A stretch of DNA of 64,000 bases from Chloracidobacterium sp. (GTDB lineage: Bacteria; Acidobacteriota; Blastocatellia; Pyrinomonadales; Pyrinomonadaceae): the NCBI GenBank assembly GCA_016720705.1, contig JADKKB010000002.1, positions 32,428-96,427 on the forward strand, written 5' to 3'. Position 1 is the stretch's first letter; the number at the start of each line of letters is the position of its first letter. Positions 39,459 through 48,837 of this stretch are shown piece after piece. Under the pieces are notes generated by a model. That model saw only the letters and a program-made list of their open reading frames with translations, searched no databases and was not told the origin of the DNA. A program made the translations under genes and the position numbers.

Positions 39459-40679
39459 ATGAAACGATCCATTCTGCTGACATTGGTTTCCGCCATCGTA
39501 TTCACGATGATCGCAAACGCCCAACCGAATCGTAACGGCAAGCTAGACGATGGTTTTACGTGGTTTGAGACGGTGCCGACATACGGTCTCGATGCAACAC
39601 AATCGCGTGTCAATACGGGATGGTCTTTGAAGTCGGCAGTGAGGCTGATAGGTGATACGCCGGACGGCAGCATCATTAAGCTCGTTGTCGAAAAGGGCGG
39701 CAAATCTGTAATGACTAATTCGTGCAAGGGCGGTTCTTTTCACAACACGCCCGGTGCGGTCGGTGACAGTTTTATGTGGACGTATAGCTGCTGGGACAAG
39801 ACGCAGTTCACGCTCGAGACCGGTACGTTCGACGTCAAGGTTTTCACGATCATCGGCGGTGCAGAGAAGTTGCAACGTACGTATAAGATCGACGTACGCA
39901 AGGTTGACCGCATAAAGGGCAGCGTCCAAAAGCCCGAGCCCGATTTCCCCGAATACTACATCAACCGCCACGCCGAGACGCCCTTCGCCTTTATCTTTCT
40001 GCGCCCGGCGACCAGCTATGGCTATTCGCAAACGCTTGCGGCGTCCGAATCCAGTCAGTCAAAAGTCGAAGTTCATTTCAGCTATTCGCCAATGGTCTCG
40101 AACGGATTCGGTATCAGGAAAGCGACATGTTCAGTCGACGGCAAGACCGTCACGCCGGACAATTCAAACATAACCGGACTCACGAACATTCTCACCCAAA
40201 GTCATCGCAACTACACCGCGATGCACACGGACCGCCTTGCTGCTAAATATAAGGTCGGGCCCGTTTACAAGGACCAGATCGCCTTTGACTCGCTCGAAGT
40301 AAATCTGCCGATAGCGTGGGGTAGCAACAGCAACGAAAACCTACCCGCAATGAATAAGCTCAAAGGTAATTGGGAATGCAGGATAATGGAAGGCAGCGAG
40401 GTGATACGCACTTTTCGCTGGAAAGTCGGAGCCGACGGCCGCCCCGTGCTTCACCCCGAACAAGCCAACGGCAACATCAATCTCTTTTACAATTCCTATC
40501 TCGTCGATATGGAGATCCCGGCAGGCGGCAGCTCGCTCGATAACCGCCTCGTCCCAATGAGCGCCGACAGCGGAATATTTTACGGCATCCCGCTCTCCAC
40601 CGCCGAAGGCAGAGCCATGACCACTAAGGTCCCCAAAAAAGGAAACCCGTTCCCGATCACGTCCGACAAAGTAAAATGA
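39459..40679 (+). CDS. Secreted hypothetical protein (406 aa)
   Basis: Signal peptide MKRSILLTLVSAIVFTMIANAQ. No recognised motifs. Confidence 0.65.
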   Translation: MKRSILLTLVSAIVFTMIANAQPNRNGKLDDGFTWFETVPTYGLDATQSRVNTGWSLKSAVRLIGDTPDGSIIKLVVEKGGKSVMTNSCKGGSFHNTPGAVGDSFMWTYSCWDKTQFTLETGTFDVKVFTIIGGAEKLQRTYKIDVRKVDRIKGSVQKPEPDFPEYYINRHAETPFAFIFLRPATSYGYSQTLAASESSQSKVEVHFSYSPMVSNGFGIRKATCSVDGKTVTPDNSNITGLTNILTQSHRNYTAMHTDRLAAKYKVGPVYKDQIAFDSLEVNLPIAWGSNSNENLPAMNKLKGNWECRIMEGSEVIRTFRWKVGADGRPVLHPEQANGNINLFYNSYLVDMEIPAGGSSLDNRLVPMSADSGIFYGIPLSTAEGRAMTTKVPKKGNPFPITSDKVK

Positions 40680-40723
40680 TCGAAATGCGTGACATCAATC
40701 CGCACCGCCAATCCCCATCTTAA

Positions 40724-40745
40724 AGAGGCCGCATCAGCGGCCTCT
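40724..40745. terminator. Hairpin agaggccgc-atca-gcggcctct
   Basis: 9-bp GC-rich stem 45 nt after the stop of the previous gene. No strong T tract. Confidence 0.45.
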
Positions 40746-40796
40746 CATACTGTAAACCTCCCCTGATTGTTACCCGTCTAAATTGGAGTTTTCGGG

Positions 40797-41612
40797 TTAA
40801 GGAGAACGTGTCCGCATGATGCTCTGGGAGGCATGCCTCCCAGAGCATCTGGGCCGGCGGCGGTTGTAGAAATCGATCCACTTGGCCGTTAGTTCTCGTA
40901 CCTGGTCCAAACTTTCAAAGATATACATATCGAGGATCGCCTGACGATATGTCCTGTTAAAACGCTCGACGTAGCCGTTTTGCATTGGGCGTCCGGGTTT
41001 GATGAACGCGAGCTCGACCTGGTTCTGCTCGGCCCAGTCCGCGACTGCTACGCTCGTGAACTCCGGTCCGTTATCGAATCGGATCCGCTGCGGCAGGCCT
41101 CTCGTTTCGGCGAGCCGGTCAAGCACTCTGATGACCCTTCTGCTTCCGAGATTGAGATCGATCTCGATTGCCAGCACCTCGCGTCGGTGGTCGTCGATCA
41201 CGTTAAAGGTGCGAAACCGACGTCCGTCACCCAATGCATCGCTCATGAAATCCGCCGACCAGCTTTGGTTCGCACTGACGGGAACCGTCAATGGCTCAGG
41301 ATGCCTCGTCGGAACACGCCGCTTATACTTTCGACGCTTGTTCAGCTTCATCTCGCAGTAAACACGGTGCACACGCTTGTGGTTCCAACCGTGCCCGTCG
41401 GCTTTGAGCAGATCGTAGAACTTCCCAAATCCGAGATCGGGATGGTCTCTGGCGAGATTGCCCAGAGCTTCGATCAACGCCGCGTCGTCCCTTTGTTGCG
41501 GCGAGTACCGATACACCCGTCTCGATATCAACACCGCTTCACACGCACGCCTCTCACTAAGCTCATGTTCCGTTTTCAAATACCCGACCGCCTCTCGCCT
41601 CAACGGCGTCAC
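40797..41612 (-). CDS. IS3-family OrfB (DDE/rve integrase core); C-terminal ~20 aa out of frame
   Basis: DDE residues in WSADFMSD, IRFDNGPEFTS and NGYVERFNRTYR. After FYNRRRP the expected ..DALGGMPP.. appears only in another frame. Confidence 0.85.
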   Translation of the reverse strand: MTPLRREAVGYLKTEHELSERRACEAVLISRRVYRYSPQQRDDAALIEALGNLARDHPDLGFGKFYDLLKADGHGWNHKRVHRVYCEMKLNKRRKYKRRVPTRHPEPLTVPVSANQSWSADFMSDALGDGRRFRTFNVIDDHRREVLAIEIDLNLGSRRVIRVLDRLAETRGLPQRIRFDNGPEFTSVAVADWAEQNQVELAFIKPGRPMQNGYVERFNRTYRQAILDMYIFESLDQVRELTAKWIDFYNRRRPRCSGRHASQSIMRTRSP

Positions 41613-41877
41613 CAGCCTTTTTTTCGATCAGTCCTTTCAACGCTCGGTTCTCTAAACTCATCTCCGCGTACATCGCTTTCAGCTTTGCGTTCTCTTCCTC
41701 AAGCTCCCGCAGCCTCTTGATCTCGCTCGCTGTCATCCCGCCATACTTCGCCTTCCAGTTGAAATACGTCGAATCCGAGATCGAATGCTCGCGGCATACC
41801 TCAGCCACCTTCCGACCGTTCTCCACCGCTTTCAATATCCCCAATACCTGCCCTTCACTAAACTTACTCCTCTTCAT
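41563..41877 (-). CDS. IS3-family OrfA (HTH transposase subunit)
   Basis: MKRSKFSEGQVLGILKAVENGRKVAEVCREHSISDSTYFNWKAKYGG is the typical IS3/IS911 OrfA N-terminus. A leucine-zipper-like tail follows. Confidence 0.9.
   Translation of the reverse strand: MKRSKFSEGQVLGILKAVENGRKVAEVCREHSISDSTYFNWKAKYGGMTASEIKRLRELEEENAKLKAMYAEMSLENRALKGLIEKKAGDAVEARGGRVFENGT
41617..41625 (-). promoter_or_regulatory. A7 run containing an in-phase A_AAA_AAG slippery heptamer
   Basis: The reverse strand reads GAA AAA AAG in the orfA frame. See the finding: orfB is in the +1 frame, not the -1 frame. Confidence 0.6.
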
Positions 41878-41922
41878 CTTCAGCCTCCTTCTCTATCCTA
41901 TCTCAAAGGCCGAAATCTCCAC

Positions 41923-43062
41923 TTACCAGTGGTTACATTCTAAGGGATCCTTACAGTAGAATGCGGATAATCTTAAAGAAAAACTAACTGTTTCCCGTGC
42001 AGTCACTAATACTTCAAATGCTCCTTGGGGAAGGTTTACTTCAATTGAATCGCCAGATATAAATCCGTTTGATGAATAGTAACCACCCTTAATCTGAACG
42101 CTCACGTTACCTCTCGCACTAAAGTTACCTTGTATACGAGCGGGAGACTTTAGTCGAAAGCGATAGACGCGCGAATCTTCTGGTCTCGAATAACCTGCGC
42201 TAAGAACATCGGTCGCACTCACGATGATTTCACTCATAATAGGGCGTTTTGGTGTCGAAGTAGCTAGTTGCGGTAATTGTATCGGTGAATATGATGGCAA
42301 CGGGGTTACCTCCGGTAATCCCTCGACGTCTAGTTCGTTCGACGTCGTATTCGATTCGGAGTTTGAATTTGGCTTTGGAACAGATGACTTAGTTGTAACT
42401 GTTGGGCTGACGGTCGGAGAAGCAGTAGGAGTGGCTGGAGGTGTATTATTTTCTAATGTGTTTTGATTTGTCGCCAAGTCCGGTGATGGGGTTTGTCCAA
42501 GATATCCAACACTTACAACAACGATTCCTACGATTAGGAAAAGGCTAGTTGTCATAAATAGATACGTAAAAGTAGCATAGCGCGGCAATGCCGAGTTTCG
42601 TGCTTCTTTGTCCGTCAAGGACGCTCCGCAATCCGAGCAAAATGAATACTCGCATTCTCTCGAAAACGAACAACATTCCTTTTCATACAAATCTAACTCG
42701 TTCATTTCCTTTTTTGCAATGTGAAATACAAATGCCGAACCTATTCCAAACCAACCGATAACCCCCGCACCTAAAAACACAAGAAGTGACGAAATCCTAT
42801 CTAACCAATTCGAAGCTGCAATCTGACGAAGCGTGGCTCCCCAATGTCTAACGCCGCCGTGATGTGAGCAAGTCCCACTTCCAGTACTCCGACTAAACCA
42901 ACTATCACTACAAACAGCTCCAACACTTTGTGGAACAGTTTGCGCAAATTGTTTAAGCGAATGAAACTCAGCGTAATCCCACTTTAGGTAAAAGTAAGTC
43001 GGAATCGCGAAAAGTACGACGACCGATACCTGAAATAGAAATACTAAAGCAAGATTCTTCAT
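41923..43062 (-). CDS. Membrane protein with DUF3761-like Cys motif, zinc-ribbon-like segment, P/T linker and C-terminal beta-rich domain; 3' end replaced by the IS3 end
   Basis: CSDSWFSRSTGSGTCSHHGGVRHW (DUF3761-type). CCSFSRECEYSFCSDCGASL. TM segments. The last 5 codons and the stop lie inside the IS3 terminal repeat (41923-41937). Confidence 0.7.
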   Translation of the reverse strand: MKNLALVFLFQVSVVVLFAIPTYFYLKWDYAEFHSLKQFAQTVPQSVGAVCSDSWFSRSTGSGTCSHHGGVRHWGATLRQIAASNWLDRISSLLVFLGAGVIGWFGIGSAFVFHIAKKEMNELDLYEKECCSFSRECEYSFCSDCGASLTDKEARNSALPRYATFTYLFMTTSLFLIVGIVVVSVGYLGQTPSPDLATNQNTLENNTPPATPTASPTVSPTVTTKSSVPKPNSNSESNTTSNELDVEGLPEVTPLPSYSPIQLPQLATSTPKRPIMSEIIVSATDVLSAGYSRPEDSRVYRFRLKSPARIQGNFSARGNVSVQIKGGYYSSNGFISGDSIEVNLPQGAFEVLVTARETVSFSLRLSAFYCKDPLECNHW

Positions 43063-43131
43063 TTAATTATCAGCATATCGAACGGTTGAGGTTCGAGGTA
43101 GGTGCAAGAGCTACACTCTGAGTAGATTAAG

Positions 43132-43731
43132 TTATGCTCGCGTTCGCACAATATAGAAACGCCATGTCCATCGATACCCACTTGTAAATTCCTTGACTCC
43201 ACTCGTCGGGGTTGCCCTTGGCACTGAGGCATAGTATTCATAGCGACCACCGCCGGTCTCAATTTCAACTTCCTTATCGGCCGGGACGGTATATGTTACT
43301 CCGCCGAATTTAAGAGTCAATATTCTGTCTGTGTCGTTTACCGCCCGAATTACCGTCTCGGTGCCACCAACATACTCTCGTTGAAATGGAGTTTCGCCTG
43401 CGGAGAGCGGTTTTGTCGTCGTCTTGGGCCGTTTGTCGTTTCTCGAATCTGTAATGACGGGATCAGGAGAGGACTCATCTTCGTCGGTAATTCTAATAGC
43501 ATTCCCATGAATCCAGCCGACATATTTTGGAGATTGAATCAGATACCATGGTGATTCTACTTTGTATATCTGGAACGTCTCATCTTTTACAAGTTTCGTC
43601 ACAATGACGCCGGCGTTCGAGGGTGTTCCACGCAAATTTGCCTGTATCGAGATAACTACCCCACTCTCCTGCGCAAAAAGAGGCAGCGAAAGAAATATTA
43701 ACATCAGGAAAGTCAGTATTTTACACTTCAT
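43132..43731 (-). CDS. Secreted bacterial SH3-domain protein
   Basis: Start chosen at MKCKILTFLMLIFLSLPLFAQ. SH3b-like ANLRGTPSNAGVIVTKLVKDETFQIYKVESPWYLIQ...GWIHGNAI. Confidence 0.7.
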   Translation of the reverse strand: MKCKILTFLMLIFLSLPLFAQESGVVISIQANLRGTPSNAGVIVTKLVKDETFQIYKVESPWYLIQSPKYVGWIHGNAIRITDEDESSPDPVITDSRNDKRPKTTTKPLSAGETPFQREYVGGTETVIRAVNDTDRILTLKFGGVTYTVPADKEVEIETGGGRYEYYASVPRATPTSGVKEFTSGYRWTWRFYIVRTRA

Positions 43732-43748
43732 TTGAATTAATTCCTCCT

Positions 43749-44018
43749 TTAGGGCGTTGGAGGCGTTGGGGGGGGCTTTTTCTTTGGGGGATTTTCTACG
43801 TGGCTGGCGGATTTCCACGAAGCCAAAGCTGCTACGTCGCCGTCGAAGACTAGTTCGATCAGGTAGCCGCAGGTGCGTTTCCGTTGCATTAGGGCGTCGA
43901 CCTTTGCGAGTATTGACGCGCGTTTGCCGACTTTGCCGCCTTGGGCGGATGATCGGGCGGCGGATAGGGCTTCAGAACGGTCGAGAGTCTTAATACGTCT
44001 GCGGGTTACGTCGTCCAT
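43749..44018 (-). CDS. Small hypothetical protein (89 aa)
   Basis: GGGAG lies 11 nt upstream of the ATG. An inverted repeat acactc-N7-gagtgt sits just upstream. The C-terminal PPKKKPPPTPPTP tail may be read-through. Weak call. Confidence 0.35.
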   Translation of the reverse strand: MDDVTRRRIKTLDRSEALSAARSSAQGGKVGKRASILAKVDALMQRKRTCGYLIELVFDGDVAALASWKSASHVENPPKKKPPPTPPTP

Positions 44019-44196
44019 GAGGTAAATCTCCCTGAGGTTGAAGTTTTACACTCTTATTGTGAGTGTGCCGTCTATCTTACACCTGAATAGTGAAGTGTCA
44101 ATGCCGCGGACGGACTTCGAACAAGCGTTGAAGCGTATGAAAGTGGCGTGGAAATCGTTGTGAGTGATGTTGCGACGATTCTATGTAGCGTTTTCG

Positions 44197-44228
44197 GAGC
44201 CCAGTCGCTATCGCACCCGGTTCTGACA
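44197..44228 (-). repeat. REP-like repeat, copy 3 (inverted relative to 2271-2307)
   Basis: gagcccagtcgctatcgcacccggttctgaca compared with the reverse complement of copy 1, gaacccggtcgctatggctcccggttctgaca. Confidence 0.65.
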
Positions 44229-44353
44229 AAACTGACCGCCCGCTGATGCAGGCGGTTATGACTGAGACACATCAGAAGGGCAGGCGTGAATACCCGCACT
44301 TTAGATCGCATTTCATTAATTCACGGACAGTGCCGTACCGATATTCGTACGGT

Positions 44354-45214
44354 TTAGACTACCTGAAAATTGATCGCATATTCCGCTAGCTTTTCGGTAC
44401 CGTTTGTTTCGACAACGATCTTGTAATTACCGGTTTCAGGAAGCGTGAGGCTAAAGTCGTTTCTTTGGACGTAGATCGTGTAACCGTTCGGTCCAATGAG
44501 GGAAATTTCAGCACCTTTGTTGCGAAGGAACGAGACGTCCATAGTTTGTCCTTTTTTCGCACCCAGAATGTAGGTATGGACATCAGGCCTCACGATACTT
44601 AACACCCCAGAATAATCCGCTGATGACCTGCCAGCGTTAAATTTAACTGTTTTGGTAAATGTACCGGTTCCCATCCCCGGGATAGTTTGAGCGACGTTGC
44701 CGGCGCCAGTAACAGAGAACGTAATATCATAATCCGAATTTGCATTCCCGGCCTTTACGATAATTTTGTAGTTTCCGGTCTTATTTACGGTGTCATCGAA
44801 ATCGACAATATCAACTGCCTTTACGAATGAGTTTCCCGACGGTTCTATTACAGTAAAGAGAGCATCTGACGTTTTGCCCTGTTTCATATTCACGACCAAT
44901 TTCTGACCGGCTGATATTTTCAGAGTGTAGGTGTATGTCGTGCCCGGGGTGATCGACCGACTATAGGATTTCGACGTACTGCCTTGAGCAAAAGTCACGA
45001 CTTCGCCACTACCGCTTCCGCTTGTTGAGTTGGCGGGAGCGGTATTCGCCGGTGCTGAATTTGATCCGGAATCTGCAACTACCGGACTTGTCTCTGCACT
45101 TGCCGGTTCAGATCTCCGGATCTCTTTGGAGCTCAAAGAATCGCCGCATCCGGCAGTAACTCCGAACGCTGAAACAATAAATAAAACGATGTAAAGTTTG
45201 TTAGAAATGGACAT
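44354..45214 (-). CDS. Lipoprotein with two tandem ~100-aa beta-sandwich-like repeats
   Basis: Start chosen at MSISNKLYIVLFIVSAFGVTAGC (lipobox). Internal repeat: ..GQKLVVNM....GNYKIIVKAGN..YDITF and ..GQTMDVSF....GNYKIVVETNG..YAINF. Confidence 0.7.
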   Translation of the reverse strand: MSISNKLYIVLFIVSAFGVTAGCGDSLSSKEIRRSEPASAETSPVVADSGSNSAPANTAPANSTSGSGSGEVVTFAQGSTSKSYSRSITPGTTYTYTLKISAGQKLVVNMKQGKTSDALFTVIEPSGNSFVKAVDIVDFDDTVNKTGNYKIIVKAGNANSDYDITFSVTGAGNVAQTIPGMGTGTFTKTVKFNAGRSSADYSGVLSIVRPDVHTYILGAKKGQTMDVSFLRNKGAEISLIGPNGYTIYVQRNDFSLTLPETGNYKIVVETNGTEKLAEYAINFQVV

Positions 45215-45872
45215 AATGGATTCTTCTTTAAGGAAGACTTTAAGCGAAGTGATCTCGCATATGCAAATTTGGACCAAGCCAAAGTCCCTGAATAAATGAC
45301 CAGATCTGCCTCAGAAAATACGATCGGCACTAATTAGTGAGCGAAAGTTATGTTAAGGTATGTAAATCCTCGAAAGATCAAAATGCTATTTGGACTCGTA
45401 ATTATGTGCGGATTCTCAATTACAAGTTTAGGAATTTCAACGAAACTTTAACGAAATAGATCACTGTGAAACAGACAAATAAGCGGAGACTGCTGGCAAT
45501 CTGACTCGTTTTACTGATTCCCATCATATCGATAATTTCCATAATTGGCTAAATATACATACCGGGACTGATCGCTTAAAGCTATGCCGATCCCTGGTGG
45601 AAAAAGGACGGAAATACGAAACGCGAGACGAAGAATGCAGGCTCTGTGTTTGCGGAATACACTATTGCTTCGGGTAACAAAATGACTCAAAAAGTTTTGA
45701 TCGGCAATGCATACAATAACGCTGGCGATCTTAATGTCTATAGTTATCAGTTCGCACATAATGGAAAGGAATTGACTCTGACTAGAAATGGTCAGACGTT
45801 TATTCCTTGGCTACGCAAATAATTTTTGTACTTGACCCGACTGTAATAAAAGGAATCTCAAAAAGAATAAAT

Positions 45873-46829
45873 ATGAAAATACTGAAGTCGCTCCAGCTTA
45901 AGACATTATCGTCAAAGCTTTTTGTTAAACTGACGATCGTTATCGCGATCACGATAGTGGCCAGCCAGTGTTCGTGGTTCGATAAGTCCAAAACCTACCG
46001 GCTAACGAACAAACTCGATGGCAAAGACAGATCGATGGCCTTTAACAAAGGTAGCGGAAGCGAAATAGTAATTAAGGACTCGGCGGACGATGAAGCTCAG
46101 TACTGGAAAATTACGCCGGAGGGAGAAAATTACTACATTCGAAATGTCCTCTTTGGAAGCAAGGAATCGCTAGAGGTCAAGGACGACAAGAGCGACATTT
46201 TCGTCGGAATGGCTTTGACAGCAAAAGACGACGGCCAAATGTGGGCGATCTCGCCGGTCGGTGATGACTACTTCCGGATCACTAACAAATGGATCGGAAA
46301 TAAGAAGGCTCTGTCACACCAAAAGATCGAGACTGTAGATATTAAACTCAAAGATTCAAACGCCAGCGACGGACAACTTTGGAAAAAGGTGGCGGGTCAA
46401 AACGGATATGTCCGTTTCGTCAACAAAAAACTGGGTGACGGAATGTTTTTGACTGTGCCGAATGACGGCACGATGGCCAATTTGGGCATTGAAAAGGGCG
46501 ATTATGCGGGAGCCAATTGGAAGTTATCACCTGCCGGAAATGGCTGCGATAATTTTGCCAATGAATATGCTCAGGGGAAGTCTTTAGACGTGGTCAACGA
46601 CGATAAAAAGGACAGTGTCCAAGTGGTTAAGACAGAAAACGTTAGCGGACAATGTTGGAAAATGACGCCGGTGGGAAATGATTACTTTCGTTTAACCAAC
46701 TCGTTTCTTGGAGAAACAAAATCGCTTGAGGCCGCGGTCCTTGTTACATTCTCTCTGGAAATGGCCCCCAAGTCGGACACCGATCCCGGTCAACTCTGGA
46801 AAATGACAAATATCTCGTCAGGTAAATAA
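45873..46829 (+). CDS. Ricin-type beta-trefoil lectin-repeat protein
   Basis: Repeated QxW motifs: QYWKITPEGENYYIRN, QMWAISPVGDDYFRITN, QLWKKVAGQNGYVRFVN, QCWKMTPVGNDYFRLTN and QLWKMTN. Start chosen at MKILKSLQL. Confidence 0.8.
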   Translation: MKILKSLQLKTLSSKLFVKLTIVIAITIVASQCSWFDKSKTYRLTNKLDGKDRSMAFNKGSGSEIVIKDSADDEAQYWKITPEGENYYIRNVLFGSKESLEVKDDKSDIFVGMALTAKDDGQMWAISPVGDDYFRITNKWIGNKKALSHQKIETVDIKLKDSNASDGQLWKKVAGQNGYVRFVNKKLGDGMFLTVPNDGTMANLGIEKGDYAGANWKLSPAGNGCDNFANEYAQGKSLDVVNDDKKDSVQVVKTENVSGQCWKMTPVGNDYFRLTNSFLGETKSLEAAVLVTFSLEMAPKSDTDPGQLWKMTNISSGK

Positions 46830-46888
46830 CCTGAATCGATTTGTTAACCAATCGCTGGCACTAAGAGCAGTTCATTGGATGGGTTTGC

Positions 46889-47989
46889 CTAAGATCCAAA
46901 CTGCTTTTTCAAACTCTCCGTGTAAGGTGCACGAGCGACGCCTTTTTCCGTGATGATCGCGGTGACAAGGTCGTTGGGCGTGACGTCGAAGGCGTAGTTT
47001 GTAATGCCGACGCCTTCGGGGGCGAGCTGGTGGCCTTTGACGTGGGTGACTTCTTCCGGCCCTCGTTCCTCGATCGGTATCTCGTCGCCATTGGGGCAAT
47101 TCATATCGACGGTTGAGAGCGGTGCCGCGACGTAGAACGGTATGCCGTGGCGTTTTGCCAAAACGGCGACCATATAGGTGCCGATCTTATTGGCGACATC
47201 GCCGTTGGCCGCGATCCGGTCGCTGCCCACCACCACGGCCTGAATATCACCACGCTTCATAATGTGGCCGCTCATATTGTCGGTGATCAGCGTCACGGGA
47301 ATGTCGTCTTCCATCAATTCCCAAGCGGTGAGCCGAGCTCCTTGCAGGTATGGCCGCGTTTCGTCGGCGATGACCGCGATATTCTTGCCCTGATCGACCG
47401 CACCGCGAATCACTCCAAGCGCAGTACCCCAAACGCCGCCCGTCGCCAAAGCTCCCGCGTTGCAGTGCGTTAGAACCGTATCATTATCCGCGAGCAATTC
47501 GCCGCCGAACTGAGCGATCAAACGCTGAGCTTCGATGTCTTCGTCGTGGATCGCAAGCGCGTCGGTTTTGAGTATCTCTTTGATCTCGCTGACCGACTTC
47601 CCTGCTGATTTGGCCTGTTGGAACGTGCGATTCATACGGTCGATCGCCCAAAAGAGATTGACCGCAGTCGGACGCGTCCTAGCTAGAACGTCTCCGGCGA
47701 ATTCGAGTTCGTCTTCGAGATCAACGACCGTCGTGCCGACGAAATTCTTAGCCGCGATGGCCATTCCATAAGCCGCTGAAACGCCGATCGCCGGAGCACC
47801 GCGCACAACCATATCTTTGATACCGGCGGCGACTTCGTCGTAAGTCTTAAGCGTCAGCCAGACTTCCTCGGTCGGCAGCAATCGCTGATCGAGCATCAAA
47901 ACGCCTTCGTCGGACCACTTTACGGGAATAATATCGAGTTTCATAAAGTCCTCGATTATAGCGGAACAGTCGGCAATTGTGAAATTCAT
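46889..47989 (-). CDS. mtnA: S-methyl-5-thioribose-1-phosphate isomerase
   Basis: [52 protein letters not shown] and [19 protein letters not shown]. The start is MNFT (47989) or MKLD (47944). The 499-aa ORF in the track is over-extended. Confidence 0.9.
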   Translation of the reverse strand: MNFTIADCSAIIEDFMKLDIIPVKWSDEGVLMLDQRLLPTEEVWLTLKTYDEVAAGIKDMVVRGAPAIGVSAAYGMAIAAKNFVGTTVVDLEDELEFAGDVLARTRPTAVNLFWAIDRMNRTFQQAKSAGKSVSEIKEILKTDALAIHDEDIEAQRLIAQFGGELLADNDTVLTHCNAGALATGGVWGTALGVIRGAVDQGKNIAVIADETRPYLQGARLTAWELMEDDIPVTLITDNMSGHIMKRGDIQAVVVGSDRIAANGDVANKIGTYMVAVLAKRHGIPFYVAAPLSTVDMNCPNGDEIPIEERGPEEVTHVKGHQLAPEGVGITNYAFDVTPNDLVTAIITEKGVARAPYTESLKKQFGS

Positions 47990-48112
47990 CTCCTCTCTCG
48001 GCGTTTCGCGTGGCTTTGAGTAAAACCATCTCTCGCAAAGCCGCAAAGTACGCAAAGAAGACCCACAAAGGAAGAGAAGAACTTTTGTGGCACGACTCTC
48101 GTTACTAATGCC

Positions 48113-48802
48113 ATGACACTCGAACACATCCTCGACGACCTGCACGTCGCCGTCACTCGGCGTTGGTGGACACAGGGCTTTACCGCATTTACACGAGTGC
48201 TGCTCGCCATCGGATTCATCCCGCCGAGCTATACCAAGATTATCCACCAGCCATTCACATCGCTCCCGGACTCGACGCCGGTCGGCCATTATTTCAACGC
48301 ACTTTATCAGACAGGATTTTATTACGAATTTATCGGCTGGGGACAAATGATCGCCGCCGTTTTGCTTCTGATCCCACGAACTTCGCATCTCGGAGCGATG
48401 TTGTTTCTACCGATAATCGCGAATATCGCCGTCTTGACTGTCTCAGTCGGATTCAAAGGCACTTGGGTGATAACGATCCTGATGTGTCTTGCGGCGACAT
48501 ATCTCGTCGCCTGGGAATATGATCGCCTAAAGCCGCTCGTCTTTTATTCCCGGCGGCAACGAACCCGCAAATTCAGCTATCAGTTTTTCAAGATACCCGC
48601 TATTTTTGCTGCCGGTGCAATACCACTCGGACTGTTATTTTGGGCTCTGGGGCTCGGAAATATCAGCAATTATCTGAAAGTGACCGGGTTTCTGATAATC
48701 GCCGGTTTCTGCTTCGGAGTCGTTGTTGCCCTTCATTACCGGTCGATGCAGGTCGGTGAACTAGTTGACCCGGGCTCGGATAAAGCTATTACCCTCAGCT
48801 AG
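48113..48802 (+). CDS. Hypothetical integral membrane protein (229 aa, ~5-6 TM)
   Basis: Multiple hydrophobic segments. No family recognised with confidence. Confidence 0.6.
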   Translation: MTLEHILDDLHVAVTRRWWTQGFTAFTRVLLAIGFIPPSYTKIIHQPFTSLPDSTPVGHYFNALYQTGFYYEFIGWGQMIAAVLLLIPRTSHLGAMLFLPIIANIAVLTVSVGFKGTWVITILMCLAATYLVAWEYDRLKPLVFYSRRQRTRKFSYQFFKIPAIFAAGAIPLGLLFWALGLGNISNYLKVTGFLIIAGFCFGVVVALHYRSMQVGELVDPGSDKAITLS

Positions 48803-48837
48803 ATATTTGATACGGCGGTCCGCATAGTTTATAGTTT

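Larger units (their letters stand above)
40768..41937 (-). mobile_element. IS3-family insertion sequence (~1170 bp), probably decaying
   Basis: Imperfect terminal inverted repeats tgttacccgtctaaattggagttttcgg (40768 onward) and tgtaaccactggtaagtggagatttcgg (reverse complement ending at 41937). orfA and orfB lie inside. Confidence 0.8.

Noticed and set aside
40980-41720. 246-aa plus-strand ORF across the IS3 element
   Set aside because: It is antisense to IS3 orfB/orfA, which have clear DDE and HTH motifs.
47990-48388. N-terminal 133-aa extension of the mtnA ORF
   Set aside because: MtnA homology starts at MNFT/MKLD. The extension covers a cgcaaag-type low-complexity repeat (about 48030-48060) and overlaps the divergent membrane-protein gene start.
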